Assembly: GCA_012295275.1 (NCBI GenBank)
Contig: CM022666.1
Location: 4,712,001 to 4,776,000 of the forward strand
Source: Chrysomallon squamiferum
Taxonomy: Eukaryota > Animalia > Mollusca
Length of the DNA: 64,000 bases
Direction: 5' to 3'
Shown here piece after piece: positions 12,457 through 25,220 of the stretch. The position numbers and the translations under genes were made by a program. The notes under the pieces are model-generated. The model saw nothing but the letters and a program-made list of their open reading frames with translations, ran no database searches and was not told the DNA's origin. Position 1 is the stretch's first letter. Every line of letters begins with the position of its first letter.

Positions 12457-13760
12457 TTTCAGTTTTCATCTATGTAGTCCAAACACTTTTTATCCCAAAT
12501 GCTGTTGTCACTGTAGTTGTGCGTCTCTTTGTTATGGCGGTGTACACGTGTCAGAGGTCGTGCTAACCAAGCAAAGTTTTAACAGACTGGGTCTCCATTA
12601 TGATATGGTAAGTGTGACCTGTGAGTTTATTTATTTTTAAATACTTCTTTTTTTGTTGATTTCTTTTTTTAATCCATATGTAACTGGAAATGAAACAAAA
12701 GTTACAGAATAGCGTAATTTGAACATCCAGGATACTGTATTATTCCAGTACAGTACATACCATGTAATTTATATATGAAGGTAGGGATACATTAATAAAG
12801 ATGAATAGAGTACAGTACTTACCATGTAATTTATGTATCCGGGGATAGATAGAAAATGACAGAATTTAACCAGTCATGACAGAGAGTTTTATCAAATATA
12901 ATTTTAAAACTGTAAGTGCATTTGTCTTAGTTGTGTTTATGTGAGAACTCAGATTATATTTGTTCATATTTGAATGTGTTCAATATTCTTAAAAACACTA
13001 AGAAAAGTAATATGTTTTCTTATATTTGTTTAAATATTAATTATCTGTTTTTATAATTTACTTAATTTACTGGATGTACATAAGAAGGTAAATTATTTCT
13101 GTCTAAGATGGTCTCTTGAATATTAATATTCTTTTAATTTATTTTATTTGTTTGTATGTGATCATTATAGTTACTTTATTGTTATCATTATTAGATAAAC
13201 AATTGATTTATTAAATTAATTAATGAATATTCTTTTGTGTACAGTTTTATTTAATTTCTAGTTATTATTATTTAACTACTTATCCTTATTAATTATTAAT
13301 GAATTAATTATATATATATATTTTTAAATTTCTTTCATATATATATATATATCAACTAAACTTATTCCATAAATATTTTTTTTTTTTACTTTCTCTCTTT
13401 TCATCTTTTATATATAATTTTTGAAACCAGCGAGGATCAGACAATGAAAGATACAATGAATATTTTTTTGTACAGTTTCATTTAATTTACAGTTGTTATC
13501 ACTTAATTACTTATCCTTATTAATTATTAATGAATTAATTATATATATATATTTTTAAATTTCTGTCATATATATATATATATCAACTAAACTTATTCCA
13601 TGAAATTAATTCATTTTGTTTCACTTTCTCTCTTTTCATCTTTTAACAGATCTGGTTTTGTCAGGCTAAGAACAATTTTTCAAACCAGCGAGGATCAGAC
13701 AATGAAAGATGCATGAAAAGAAATTAATTTAAAACCTAAAAACATTACATTCTCATAAGT
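12457..13760 (+). pseudogene. Third, locally duplicated copy of the membrane-protein pseudogene exons (12457-12607, 13650-about 13760)
   Basis: Tandem duplicate of about 8850-12200. The first exon is 151 nt rather than 152 nt (frameshift). Confidence 0.55.
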
Positions 13761-16239
13761 AAGAACAAAGGTTGTCATGGTCATCATCCTACATCATCAT
13801 TCAGATTTTCACTGGCAGCATCATTATTCAGAATGTTACTGTCAACATTATCATTCAGAATTTTACTGTCAAGATCCTCATTCAAAAATTCAGTGTCAAC
13901 CTCATCGTTCATAATTTTATTGTCTACATCATCATCCAGAATTTTATTAACAAAATAATCACTGACTATCCTCATCATTCACAAAAGATGGACTCTGCTT
14001 CAGGTTTATTTACTATTATTTTAGGTTTTACTCACATTATACAATGGATGTTCTTGTACAATAGATGTTCTATGTACAATGGTTTTCTTGTACACTGGAT
14101 ATTCTTTGTACAGTGGATTCTCTAGTACAGTTAATATTCTATGTACAATATGTGTTCTTCTGCAGCAGATGTTCTGCACACAGTGAATGTTCTTCAGTCT
14201 ATGTCCTGTGTAAAAAGATGATCTTGTACAGATGTTCTGTATACACTGTCCATTGGATGGTCAAGTACAGTAGATGTTCAGTGTACAGTGAATGTGCTTG
14301 TATGGTTGATTTTCTGTATAAAGTGACTGTTGAAAGTTATATGTTCATTGATTGGTTTTTAATGAATAATACAAGTTAAGTGGATGGTCCTGTTAAAAAG
14401 GATGTTCTTTGTATTCTAAACATGTACATATGTGGATGTTGTAAATATAATTAATGTTAAATGATAATGAATACTCCATGCATAGTGGCTTTTCTTTGTA
14501 CAGTGAATGTGTAATGTACTCATGCATTGAAATTATTAGAGTAATAAATGTTTACATAGATGTTAAAATTAAAATATCATGAACATTTTGCATAATAATC
14601 AATCTGTTTAAAGCATTTTTTGTTTTTTCAGAATAAGAAATATTTTTTAGAAGCATTTCACAATCATAAATATTATTATTAATAATTTTATTATCATCAT
14701 GATCATTAATTTTATTATCTCTGCCATCATCATAATTACTACTACTGCTACTACTATTAGCATTACTAAATAAACAACATTATTAGTATTATTCTTACTA
14801 CTACTACTATTTATATTAGTGCTGCTGCTGCTACTGCTACTGCTATTAAATTTATCATCATCATCATTATTATTGTTTGATGTTGACAGTGTTGTTACAT
14901 AAAGACTACAGTGATACCTCTAGTCACCTGTTCATTAATTTTATTACTTGGATAGTCACTTTAAATGTAGTACAAATGTCTTGTTCTGAATTTGTGATTT
15001 TCTTCCTTTCTTTTTTTTTTTTTTGTTCTTCTTTTTTCTTTTTTTAATATCAAGTAAAATTAATAAGCGCATTTTTCAACTCACTTTTCAGTTCTACACC
15101 AGTCAGTGACATCATTTAAATTTTTATTATGTAAAACACACACACACACACACACAAACACAGACACACAGACACACACACAAACACACATATATATCAT
15201 AATCCGAGCAATGTTGATAAATAGCTGTTTGCTAAGCGGGGCAGGTCATACAAAATGCACGGCCCTCGTATTTACGACCTACAATGACATCGCAGGCTGG
15301 GAAATGTACAGCTATCTTGCTATTGCCCCGATATTGTATTTCACAACGTTCACAACTTGTTTAAATGACGCTGTTACTGCTACCTCTAGTCCATATAAAC
15401 ACGCTGAAAAACTGACACAATTTTCGATCATTTATTTAGGGCTGACGATTGAAAAGTCATTAAATACAAAATAATATAATACTTGGTTAATATACGCTTT
15501 TATTTTTTTTTTTTTGTTCATGCACGTACATCACATGTACTTGACGTTGTTTAGTTTCCATCATAAAAACAACTCAGGACAAACTGAACAAAGCAATATT
15601 CTTAAAACTGATCACTGTGTGTGACTTATTTGTATTTTTTTGTTTGTTTTTTGTTCTTTCTTTCTTCTTGTTGTTTCTTTCTTATTGTTGTTTTGTTTTG
15701 AACTTTTTGTTTGTTTTTCTTGTTTTTCTTGTTCTTTCTTAAAATAGATCATGATGTGTATATGTGTGTCTGTGTTTGTGTGTGTGTGTGTGTGTGTACT
15801 TGTGTGTGTGTGTGTGCGCGCGCGCTCTAATAGTATGTGACTTGCTTGTATTGTATTGTTTCTTGTTTGTTGATTTGGTTTTTTTTCCAGCTGGTCTTTG
15901 CTCTGAATAAGGTCATGCAGCCAGGTAATAAACCGCGAATATTAACTCAATTTACATAATAGTATGTACATGTGTATAAAATGACTTTGTAGATGTACCA
16001 CAATTAACGTTTACCTAACTTAATTATTTTTACCCAGTTAGTTGAATAAGTAGAGTTCCAGTCACGTGACAGTACTATGTAGGTTAGTATCACTTACCGA
16101 ACACCTGAACAGAAGTAACGCAGTAGTCCAGGGGTCGGTGAGGAATTTAGTCCGGCCTGTTACCTGAGCACGTTTGTTTTTCTTTAAACATCCAGACCAA
16201 AACAGCCTTGCTTCTCTTTTTGATGCTCAGTGTAGAAGT

Positions 16240-16379
<140 letters not shown>

Positions 16380-17854
16380 TGTGCTGTATTCAGTGAATAA
16401 ATATTTAAATATTACTGGTTTTCTATATAAATTAACCGATGAAAGTTAAAAGTTCACTGATTAGTTTACAATGAATAATACAAGTTAAGTGAATGATCCA
16501 GTTAAAAAGGATTTTCTTTATACACTATGTACTCATGCATTGAAATGATCAGAGTAATAAATGTTTATATATATATGTTACATTTGAAATCTGATGTACA
16601 ATTTGCATAATACGCAATCTATTTAAAGCATTTTTTTTTATTTTATCATAATAATTTTCTTTTTAGAAGCATTTCAGAATCGTAAATATTATGATTATTA
16701 ATTTTATTATGTCTATCATCATCATGATCTTCATTATTAATTTTATTATGAGTATCATAATTATCATTAACTTTACTACCACTATCGTCTTCATCATTAC
16801 TACTGCTGTATTATTACTATATAATCATTACTATTCTTTCTACTACTCCTATTGTTTATATTAGTTCTGCTGCTACTATTACTAATTTATTAAATTTTTC
16901 ATCATCATCATCATCAACATCATTATAATTAGTATTGTTTAACTCTGGTCACCTGTTCATAATTGTTATTACTTGGATAGTTACATTAAATGTAGTACAA
17001 ATGTCTTGATCTGCATTTATCATTTTCTTCTTTTTCTTATTTTCTTTTTTAAATATCAAGTAAAATTAATGAAAATATTTTTCAACGCACTTTTCACTTA
17101 TACACCAGTCAGTGACACGATTTAATTTTTATTTTATGAAGGATAATTTGCATACTTTATAGACAGTATGTTAAATATTGCTGTTATATAACAATGTTCA
17201 TATCACATACTTAAAAGTACCCGTGCAGTGTTTATAAATAGCTGTTTGGAAAGTCCCGGAAAAATGAACAGGTAAGGTGACCTCGCTGTCTGTGAAATGT
17301 TTATCTAAAGTGTGATCTCAGTTCTCTGTCTGCTTCATTCACGCTACTACTGTTCAGGGGTCGACAACGCTTGGTCAGACACCAATTATTACATTAACAA
17401 AACACTGCACATCATTTACATCACATTACTTGACGTAGACTAGTTTCTGTCATAATACAACTACTGGCAAAATTCCTAAACAGATCACTGTCATAATACA
17501 ACTCTGTGTGAACACGTTATTACATTAACTTGACACTCGTCCAAAACACCGCATAGCTGTCTGATAACATCTCTACAAAAGCTTCCCGACCCGTGTTGTA
17601 CTGCATAGGGCATTTGAAATCAGATAATATAGATATTAAGGATTAACTTTTTGTTCCTTTATTTAGGGTTAGACTGTGGCAGAGTGATTGAATAAAAAAT
17701 GATAAAATACCCGTGTTTAGAAGTCAGTTGTCACGTTTTCCTGTCTTTCCATGTTTCTGTTCGTGCATGAAGATCACATGTACTTGGCGTAGTCAAGTTT
17801 CTGTCATAAAAACAACTCATGGCAAAATTCTTAAATAGAGCACTATGTGTGTGT

Positions 17855-17898
<44 letters not shown>

Positions 17899-17899
17899 T

Positions 17900-17946
<47 letters not shown>

Positions 17947-18396
17947 TTGTATGTGTGTGTGTGTGCGCGCGCGTGTGTTTGTATGTGTGTGTGTGTGCGC
18001 GCGCGCGTGTTTGTATGTGTGTGTGTGTGTGTGCGCGGTTGCATGCGCTAATAGTATGCGACTTATTTGTATTTTTTTTTTTATTATTGTTGTTTTTTTA
18101 GTTTTTTTCCACCTGAACTCTGAATGACAACAGCAATGTCAATATTAATAATAACAAGAACTACAACAGTAACAACCAGAAATAAATGCACGTAGTTTAT
18201 TTATGAAGATTATGCAACTTTTAAGTATTAATTTTGGTTTCAGTTTTGATTCTAAGCATGTCATCCTCTCGATAATATTTTATTTTCTCAGAGTCAATCA
18301 AAATGTGATTTGAAAGACAACGCGTCATCGGAAAAAAACCCAGTTTATGGGAAACTTAATTTTCTGTTTGTTTTCAATGAACACAGACACAAGCAC

Positions 18397-18462
18397 AAAT
18401 TGGTTATTAACATTCTTTTTATTGGTCAAAAAAGCTGAAAAAGTGGTAAGTTAACACAGACA
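18397..18462 (+). pseudogene. TNF-ligand micro-exon relic
   Basis: aaattggttattaacattcttttta…aaaagctgaaaaagtggtaagttaacacagacac matches 2276-2356 with an internal deletion. Confidence 0.6.
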
Positions 18463-18477
18463 CAAGCACAAATTGGT

Positions 18478-18984
18478 TTTGACATATTGAAAAGTAAATT
18501 ATAAAAGAGTTAAGTTTAAATGGAAGCAGAAGAGAAGAGAGAATCTGAACACCACATGCACGTGTGACGTCTGCGTGTCAACTGATCAACACAGCTGAGA
18601 GAAGCTTTAGCGCGTGATTGAATGAAAAACGGACTTAAACACATGCATTGTACCCGTTTGTACCATTTATTTCGAGAAATTAACTATTAAATTTTTATTT
18701 ATATAATTTATTAAAAAGAAAAGATCGTTAAAACGGGATATTTTTTTTGTATTATATATTTATAATTTATCGATGAATTGAGCGTAAAAGGTGAATAAGT
18801 TTATGAATGAATTGAGCGAACATCTGCTATAAACTTTATTTATTTATTTAATTATTTGTTTATTTGTATTAGTTTATTTTACTGTATTTGTTTTATTTCA
18901 TTTCATTTTATTATTTTTTCTGTTAATTAATTAATTTATTTCACTTTATTTTTATCACTTTTTATTTATTTTAGGTATTTTACT

Positions 18985-19023
<39 letters not shown>

Positions 19024-19487
19024 TCTATTTATTCATTTATTTAACTAAACAATTAATATTTCACAATTGTTTGTGTTTTAAACTGAATTTTAATTTTTCA
19101 GTATTTTTCGTTTTATAAAATAAAAGCTATTGCCTTGCAAATGAACCCACCTAGCTATACATAAAAAAACAAATTAAAAACAAGGTGTTCATTTTCATTT
19201 TCAACAACAGTAAACAACAACAACAAATTTATTTAATAATAATAATGTATTCAAACTTTGTGAATCCTTCCATTAGTAATTCGGCTGACGTAACATCCAT
19301 TTATAGCCCAGTTGAGGAATAAAATGATTATTTATTACTTCTCTGAAATCATCTTGGGAGGAAAAAACAAAGCTTAACATAGTGATAATATGTTGTTATT
19401 CAAAAACACTGGCAACTATTCAAAGAATCCTATTGGAGTATCAAAAATATTTTAAATAATATGTATGTGTGAGTGTCTGGGTATGGA

Positions 19488-19549
<62 letters not shown>

Positions 19550-19559
19550 TGGATATGGA

Positions 19560-19593
<34 letters not shown>

Positions 19594-19726
19594 TGTGTGT
19601 GTGAATTTAACAAATTTAATTGAAAAAAATGTATAATCTCTATTTATATGGACCAAAATAACTAACTAGCAACAACAACAACAACAATAATAAATAGACG
19701 AATAAATAAATAAATAAATATATAAA

Positions 19727-19757
<31 letters not shown>

Positions 19758-22030
19758 TAATAATAACATTAATTAATTAATTACTTAATTAATTATATAA
19801 GCAGTAGTATTATAATGGTTTCAAGCGTAAGGTGGTGAATCTAAGCTGCTCAACTTCAACAGAATAGAGTTGAGATAATAATAAACATTTTTTATTGAAT
19901 TGAACACTTTTTTATATTTGTAAATTGTATGTAATGTATGTGTTTGTGTATATACAGTATCACAGATTTTCAGGGAGTCAACAGCTCAAATGCAGGAAGC
20001 AACAAAATTTTCTTTGTATCTTCGTACTAAAGAATAATAAGCTAAAATGATCTGTGAGCATTCAAAGCCTGACAAACATAAAAAATCCCTTCACTGGTAA
20101 TATCTATTAAACAAAAGTATGAACACATGCAAAATCTAATAAGAAAGCATATATATGTATACACCCATTATTGTAGACTAGAACACAACAAACACAAAAC
20201 ACCTTTAAAACTGTATTCAGTATAGCAATAAAGAATAATACAGATCGATAGAATGATTCTAATCGGTCGCAGCAATCACGTAAGAAGAGCAAACATCTAC
20301 ATAACTGTTCCGCTCGAAGATATCTCGGTTCTTTTATGAAAAAGTGACTCACGTTATTTCTCAACGTGTTCCCGACCTTGCAGCTTGACGTGTGTCGCCA
20401 GATCTTTCTGATAAACAAGAATCCGATACACCTAGCACTCCGAGGTGGTAATTAACCCCGAAAAGAAGTCACAGGAAAAAGAATTCACAATTTTTTATTA
20501 TGAAATATATTAATAATGAAAGATAGATTAAACACATTTTGTCAGAGTATTTTGTTAATGTTTTATTTTATTTTAATGTTGATGGTTTTTAATGTTGATA
20601 TTCCACCCGATACCACGAACAAATTCTGACGCAGCATACACGAACCCTTCATAACAGATTTTGATATCACCTTTATTGCTATGAATAACTTTCATATTAA
20701 ACATACTTCTCATACTAGAGTAAGCTGGAGAAAATATAGTAAAACACATTTTAACATGGAACATTTTATAAATCATTTACAATAGGAAGTTAGTTTAAAT
20801 GTATCCTAATCAGTAACCTGGACCCAAGCATCACCCCTGCACACTATGAAGACTCTTTCTTTAATCTAACCTAACTGACCTAATCAGTAAAACATCTTTC
20901 TTTAATCTAAACAATTGACCCATGTAGACTATGATGCCACATTCAATACTCTATAAATTCATACATTTTGTTATATAAAAATTGTGACTTTTTTTCCAGC
21001 CACTGAATCAACAGTCATGATACAAGTAACGTTTACAAGTGGAAGATTCTTCTGTCACAGGCAGATATTTCTGAGACTTTTCATATTCCTGGCCCTGTAG
21101 TAATAAATGGATGACTTCAGTTATTTATCCAGATTATGTATAAATGTCCACCATGTGACACACAGAATATATCGTTTCCCTTTTCTTTTCTTCTTTTTAA
21201 TTATTTATTTATTTATTTATGGTTTGTTTGTTTCTTTATTTTTATTTTACTCTATCTTTATTTATTTTATTTTATCTTACTATAATTTGATTTCATTAAT
21301 TTTATTGTTTTAATTAATTAATTTATATTAATATATCTTTCTGTATTTATTTATTTTTTTTTTTTTTTTGACTTTTTTCATCATTTTGTGTTTTTTATTT
21401 ATTTTTTATTTTATTTTTTTTTTTTATTTTTTTATTTTTTATTTAATTTTACTTTTATTTCGCTCATTTATTTATTTTTATTTATTTATTTTTTTTTATT
21501 TTTTTATTTATTTACCGAATCAACAGTCATGATACAATAGTGACATTTACAAACAGAAGATTCTTCTGTCACTGGGAGATATTTCTGAGACATTTTATAT
21601 TCCTGGCTCTGTAATAATAAATGGATCACTACAGTTATTTATTCCGATTACGTGTAAGATGACAAATCCGGGCTGGAACTTTCCACTGTGTGATACACAG
21701 ACTACATGTTCTCCTTTTGTTGTTTGTGGCTTAGCTGACACAGGAATAGAAGTTACGCTGTACTCTTTATTTAACAGTAACGACAAAAGCAGTCGTAATA
21801 ATAATAACATACACAACAACAACAACTATTACTATTATAGCAATAACAACTGTTATATGTAATTTATTTACGAACACTACGCATAAACTATACATTTAAT
21901 AGGTTTGTTCATTTTATTACGTTGACTACGAAATATACAGCAAATAATTAAATACGACAGAAGGGAAAACAAATTAACCAATAAATTCAAAGAAAGCAGA
22001 CGACACTTCCTCTTAGCCAATCAAAAATGA
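18478..22030 (+). repeat. Segmental duplication block, homologous to about 43860-46945 and in part to 57455-58700
   Basis: Long colinear matches, e.g. catattgaaaagtaaatt…gaatctgaacaccacatgcacgtgtgacgtc and acaaatccgggctggaactttccactgtg. Confidence 0.85.
20573..20700 (-). mobile_element. Internally deleted Mutator-like (FLYWCH-MULE) transposase relic
   Basis: MKVIHSNKGDIKICYEGFVY resembles the start of FLYWCH domains and is fused directly to EFVRGIGWNI, which resembles MULE transposase C-termini. Confidence 0.55.
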
Positions 22031-22489
22031 ATACGAGACTTGACAGAAAGCGTGCTCGTCTTAGACGTGCTTCACAACAGCTTACTCTGAATAGCAAGTT
22101 AACTTTTTTCATTCGTTCATTCAGTCAGAGACCTGTCAGATCGCGTGCCCGTCTTAGACGTGCTTCACAACAGCTTACTCTGATTAGCACGTTATTTTGT
22201 TTTCCACTTCACGGCAGAGAGAGCGTACTTGGCGTTGAAGTGCTTGATTTCATCATTTAGGTATGTAAAATGTTTCACTTATATCATAGGTTATATATAT
22301 TTATATAAAACAAACATTTCACTTATTTCATAGATTATATATATTTATACAAAATTATAATTTCACTTATTTCATAGATTATATATATTTATATAAAATT
22401 ATAATTTCACTAACAATTTCACTATTTCATTTGTGTAATATTATGTGATATTACACCAACTTGAAAAAAATGAATATCGCGGTTAAGAA

Positions 22490-24165
22490 AGTCACGGAAT
22501 TCAAATTTGTTACTTCAATCAGAGCTCCGCTCCTTTTTTTTTTTTTTTTTTTTTAAGCGATGAATTCAGATTGCGTAACTTTAATTATTACTACAATCAC
22601 ATCCGCTCCTTTTATTGTTTCCGCTAATTTTTCAACTCCATAGCGTTGATATAAAAAGAGCTGCATTTTTGTAATGCAGATCGTTTAAAACAATAAAAAG
22701 ACCATTGGCAAAAAAAAAAAAAAAAAAAAAAAAAAAACAGGTTTGGACCACGTGGACTAGAAGGAAGCAGCCAAAAAGAAACAACGACAGCAGCCAAGAG
22801 CAGAACAACCAGGACGGCAAACAACACGGACCCGGTGATGGCTGAGAGATTGTGCCGGACATCACGGGGGGGCGAATTGCGGCTGCGAAAGATCGGTACC
22901 GACTCGTTACGATCCGATATGCTGGACACTCCCTTGTGTCCTGCAATCGTGGCGAGAATCCATTCTTTTCCCTACCCAAAATTCTTTTCTGCGACGGACA
23001 CGCCCGCTGACCTGTCAGAAGGCGTGCCCGTCAATGAGACGTGCTTCACAATAGCTAGCTCTGATTAGCACGTTAATTTTTTTTCGTACGTTCGTTCGGT
23101 AATTAAAGTACTGCTGACGTGTCAGAAAGCGTGCCTGTCGTAGACGTGCTTGCTCTGATTACCACGTTAATTTGATTCAAGGTTTCAGGTTCAAAGGTAA
23201 TTAAAGAGAGACGTAAGCGAAGAAAACAGTCAAGACGAAATATCAGTCAGGCGGGGAAACCAATATTTTGTCTTCTTTCCCCGTATGACCGTACTCGTAT
23301 CATTAATAAAAATTACTTAAACGTATGTTTTATGATTGTTTAATGTATTATTATCAAGTCACCTGTATATCATAATGAAATAATTAACGTGAATCGTAAC
23401 TACTGTTGTGTTTATTTCTCTAGTGAGTAGATAGACTTATTGATTTATATAGATTGCTGTCAATTTAGCGTTTATATTCTTTGTTAGGTGGCCAGTAAAA
23501 CACATTGTTACCCTAGACTGAGTCATAATAAAACATACAAGGTGTTTAAAGATGTGAGCCACGTGACAGCAACATAAAAGTTGGGGCTCTCGTCCGGGAT
23601 TTTTCCAAATAATTAATTTTGGGGTTCGTTTTCTAAAATTCTTATGGAATTATTTCTTTAGATGTATTGAGTATTTTCTCAGTTTAATGACAGCTAATTT
23701 ATGTGTATATCCACTTGAGAAAATACAACACAACAAAATAATAACGATATTAAAATAAATAAGTCAAAACTGAGAAATTATTATGGATTAAGATACATTG
23801 AACAATCCTAGTGTAACGTTTATCAAAAGAGCCAAGAGGGCTGAGTTATTAGAATTGCAAATATTCATAACAAACATTTCAACTGCCCAGTCAAACAAGA
23901 TAGAGCAAACCAGAGAAATTTTAACAGAGGCTTTGTTTGGCGATTCTGTAGATAACTAGAGTAGGGGGAGTAACTCCGAGTGTGGCAGAATCAGTGCAAT
24001 TAGAGGAAGGGAAATTAGCCTTCCAACATGCATTAGAGCTTAAGAAACTAGAGTATGAAAGTGACAGAGAAAAGAGAAAAGAAAACGAAAGAGAGAGACA
24101 GAGAGAGAAACAGAGAGAGACAGAGAGAGAGAGAGAGAAGACTTAAGAAACAGAAAGAGAGAGTG
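22490..24165 (+). mobile_element. Duplicate of the same Gypsy element: LTR about 22490-23568, PBS 23582-23600, 5' gag fragment
   Basis: 23180-24140 is near-identical to 25515-26450, with the same CGTGACA LTR end and PBS. Confidence 0.75.
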
Positions 24166-24319
24166 GTATAATAAGGAACATTCGTCTTTATTTTTACATG
24201 TGTATCTAAGGCGTACATGAACATTAACGACCTAGTTCATTCTAAATATTTTTACCCTGTATCCCTCTGTGTAAATCTGCTTTCAGTCCCACAAACTCTT
24301 TATTTCGAATTCATTGTGC

Positions 24320-24545
24320 TGAAACATATTTATTAATTTAAACGTGATTATTATGGACGAGTTTCAAAGTCGTTATCAAAATTCTTTTTAGAAACCGAGT
24401 GAAAGTCAGACAAAAGCCGAGAAAAGTGTTACGTTAACACAGACACATACACAAACACAAATATAAACATACACGCACACATACACATTTATTCTATACA
24501 TAGACACAAACACAGACAGACAAAGAAAAACACAGAAACACACAT
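24320..24545 (+). pseudogene. TNF-ligand relic (37-nt micro-exon with mutated donor plus flanking intron)
   Basis: ttctttttagaaaccgagtgaaagtcagacaaaagccgagaaaagtgttacgttaacacagacac is homologous to 2292-2360. Confidence 0.7.
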
Positions 24546-25220
24546 GGATGACTACACTTATTTATTCCGATTACGTGTAAGATGACAAATCCGGGCTGGA
24601 ACTTTCCACTGTGTGATACACAGACTACATGTTCTCCTTTTGTTGTTTATGGTTTAGTTGACACAGGAATAGAAGTTACACTGTACTCTTTATTTAACAA
24701 TAACGACAAAAGCAGTCGTAATAATAATAACATACACAACAACTATTACTATTATAGCAATAACAACTGTTATATGTAATTTATTTACGAACACTACGCA
24801 TAAACTATACATTTAATAGCTTTGCTCATTTTATTACGTTAACTACAAAATATATAGCAAATAATTAAATACATAAGAAGAAAAAAAAACATTAACCAAT
24901 AAATTCAAATAAAGCAGACGACACTTCCTCTTAGCCAGTCAAAAATAAATGCGTGAACAGGTAGACAATACAATACGATCTTTTCAAAAGTCGCAAAATC
25001 AACGACGCCTGTCAGAAAGCGTGCCCGACAACAGGTTGTTCTGATTAGCAAGTTAATTTTTTTCATCATTTAGGTATGTAAAATGTTTTACTTATTTCAT
25101 AGGTGATATATATATATATTTATATAAAATTATAATTTCACTTAGAATTTCACTATTTCATTTGTATAATATTATGTGATATTACACCAACTTGAAAAAA
25201 ATGAATATCGCGGTTAAGAA

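Noticed and set aside
21659-21862. Recurrent small ORF MTNPGWNFPLCDTQTT (also 24582 and 58301)
   Set aside because: Its conservation is explained by recent segmental duplication. The ATG is lost in the 46540 copy and the tail is (AAC/AAT)n repeat.
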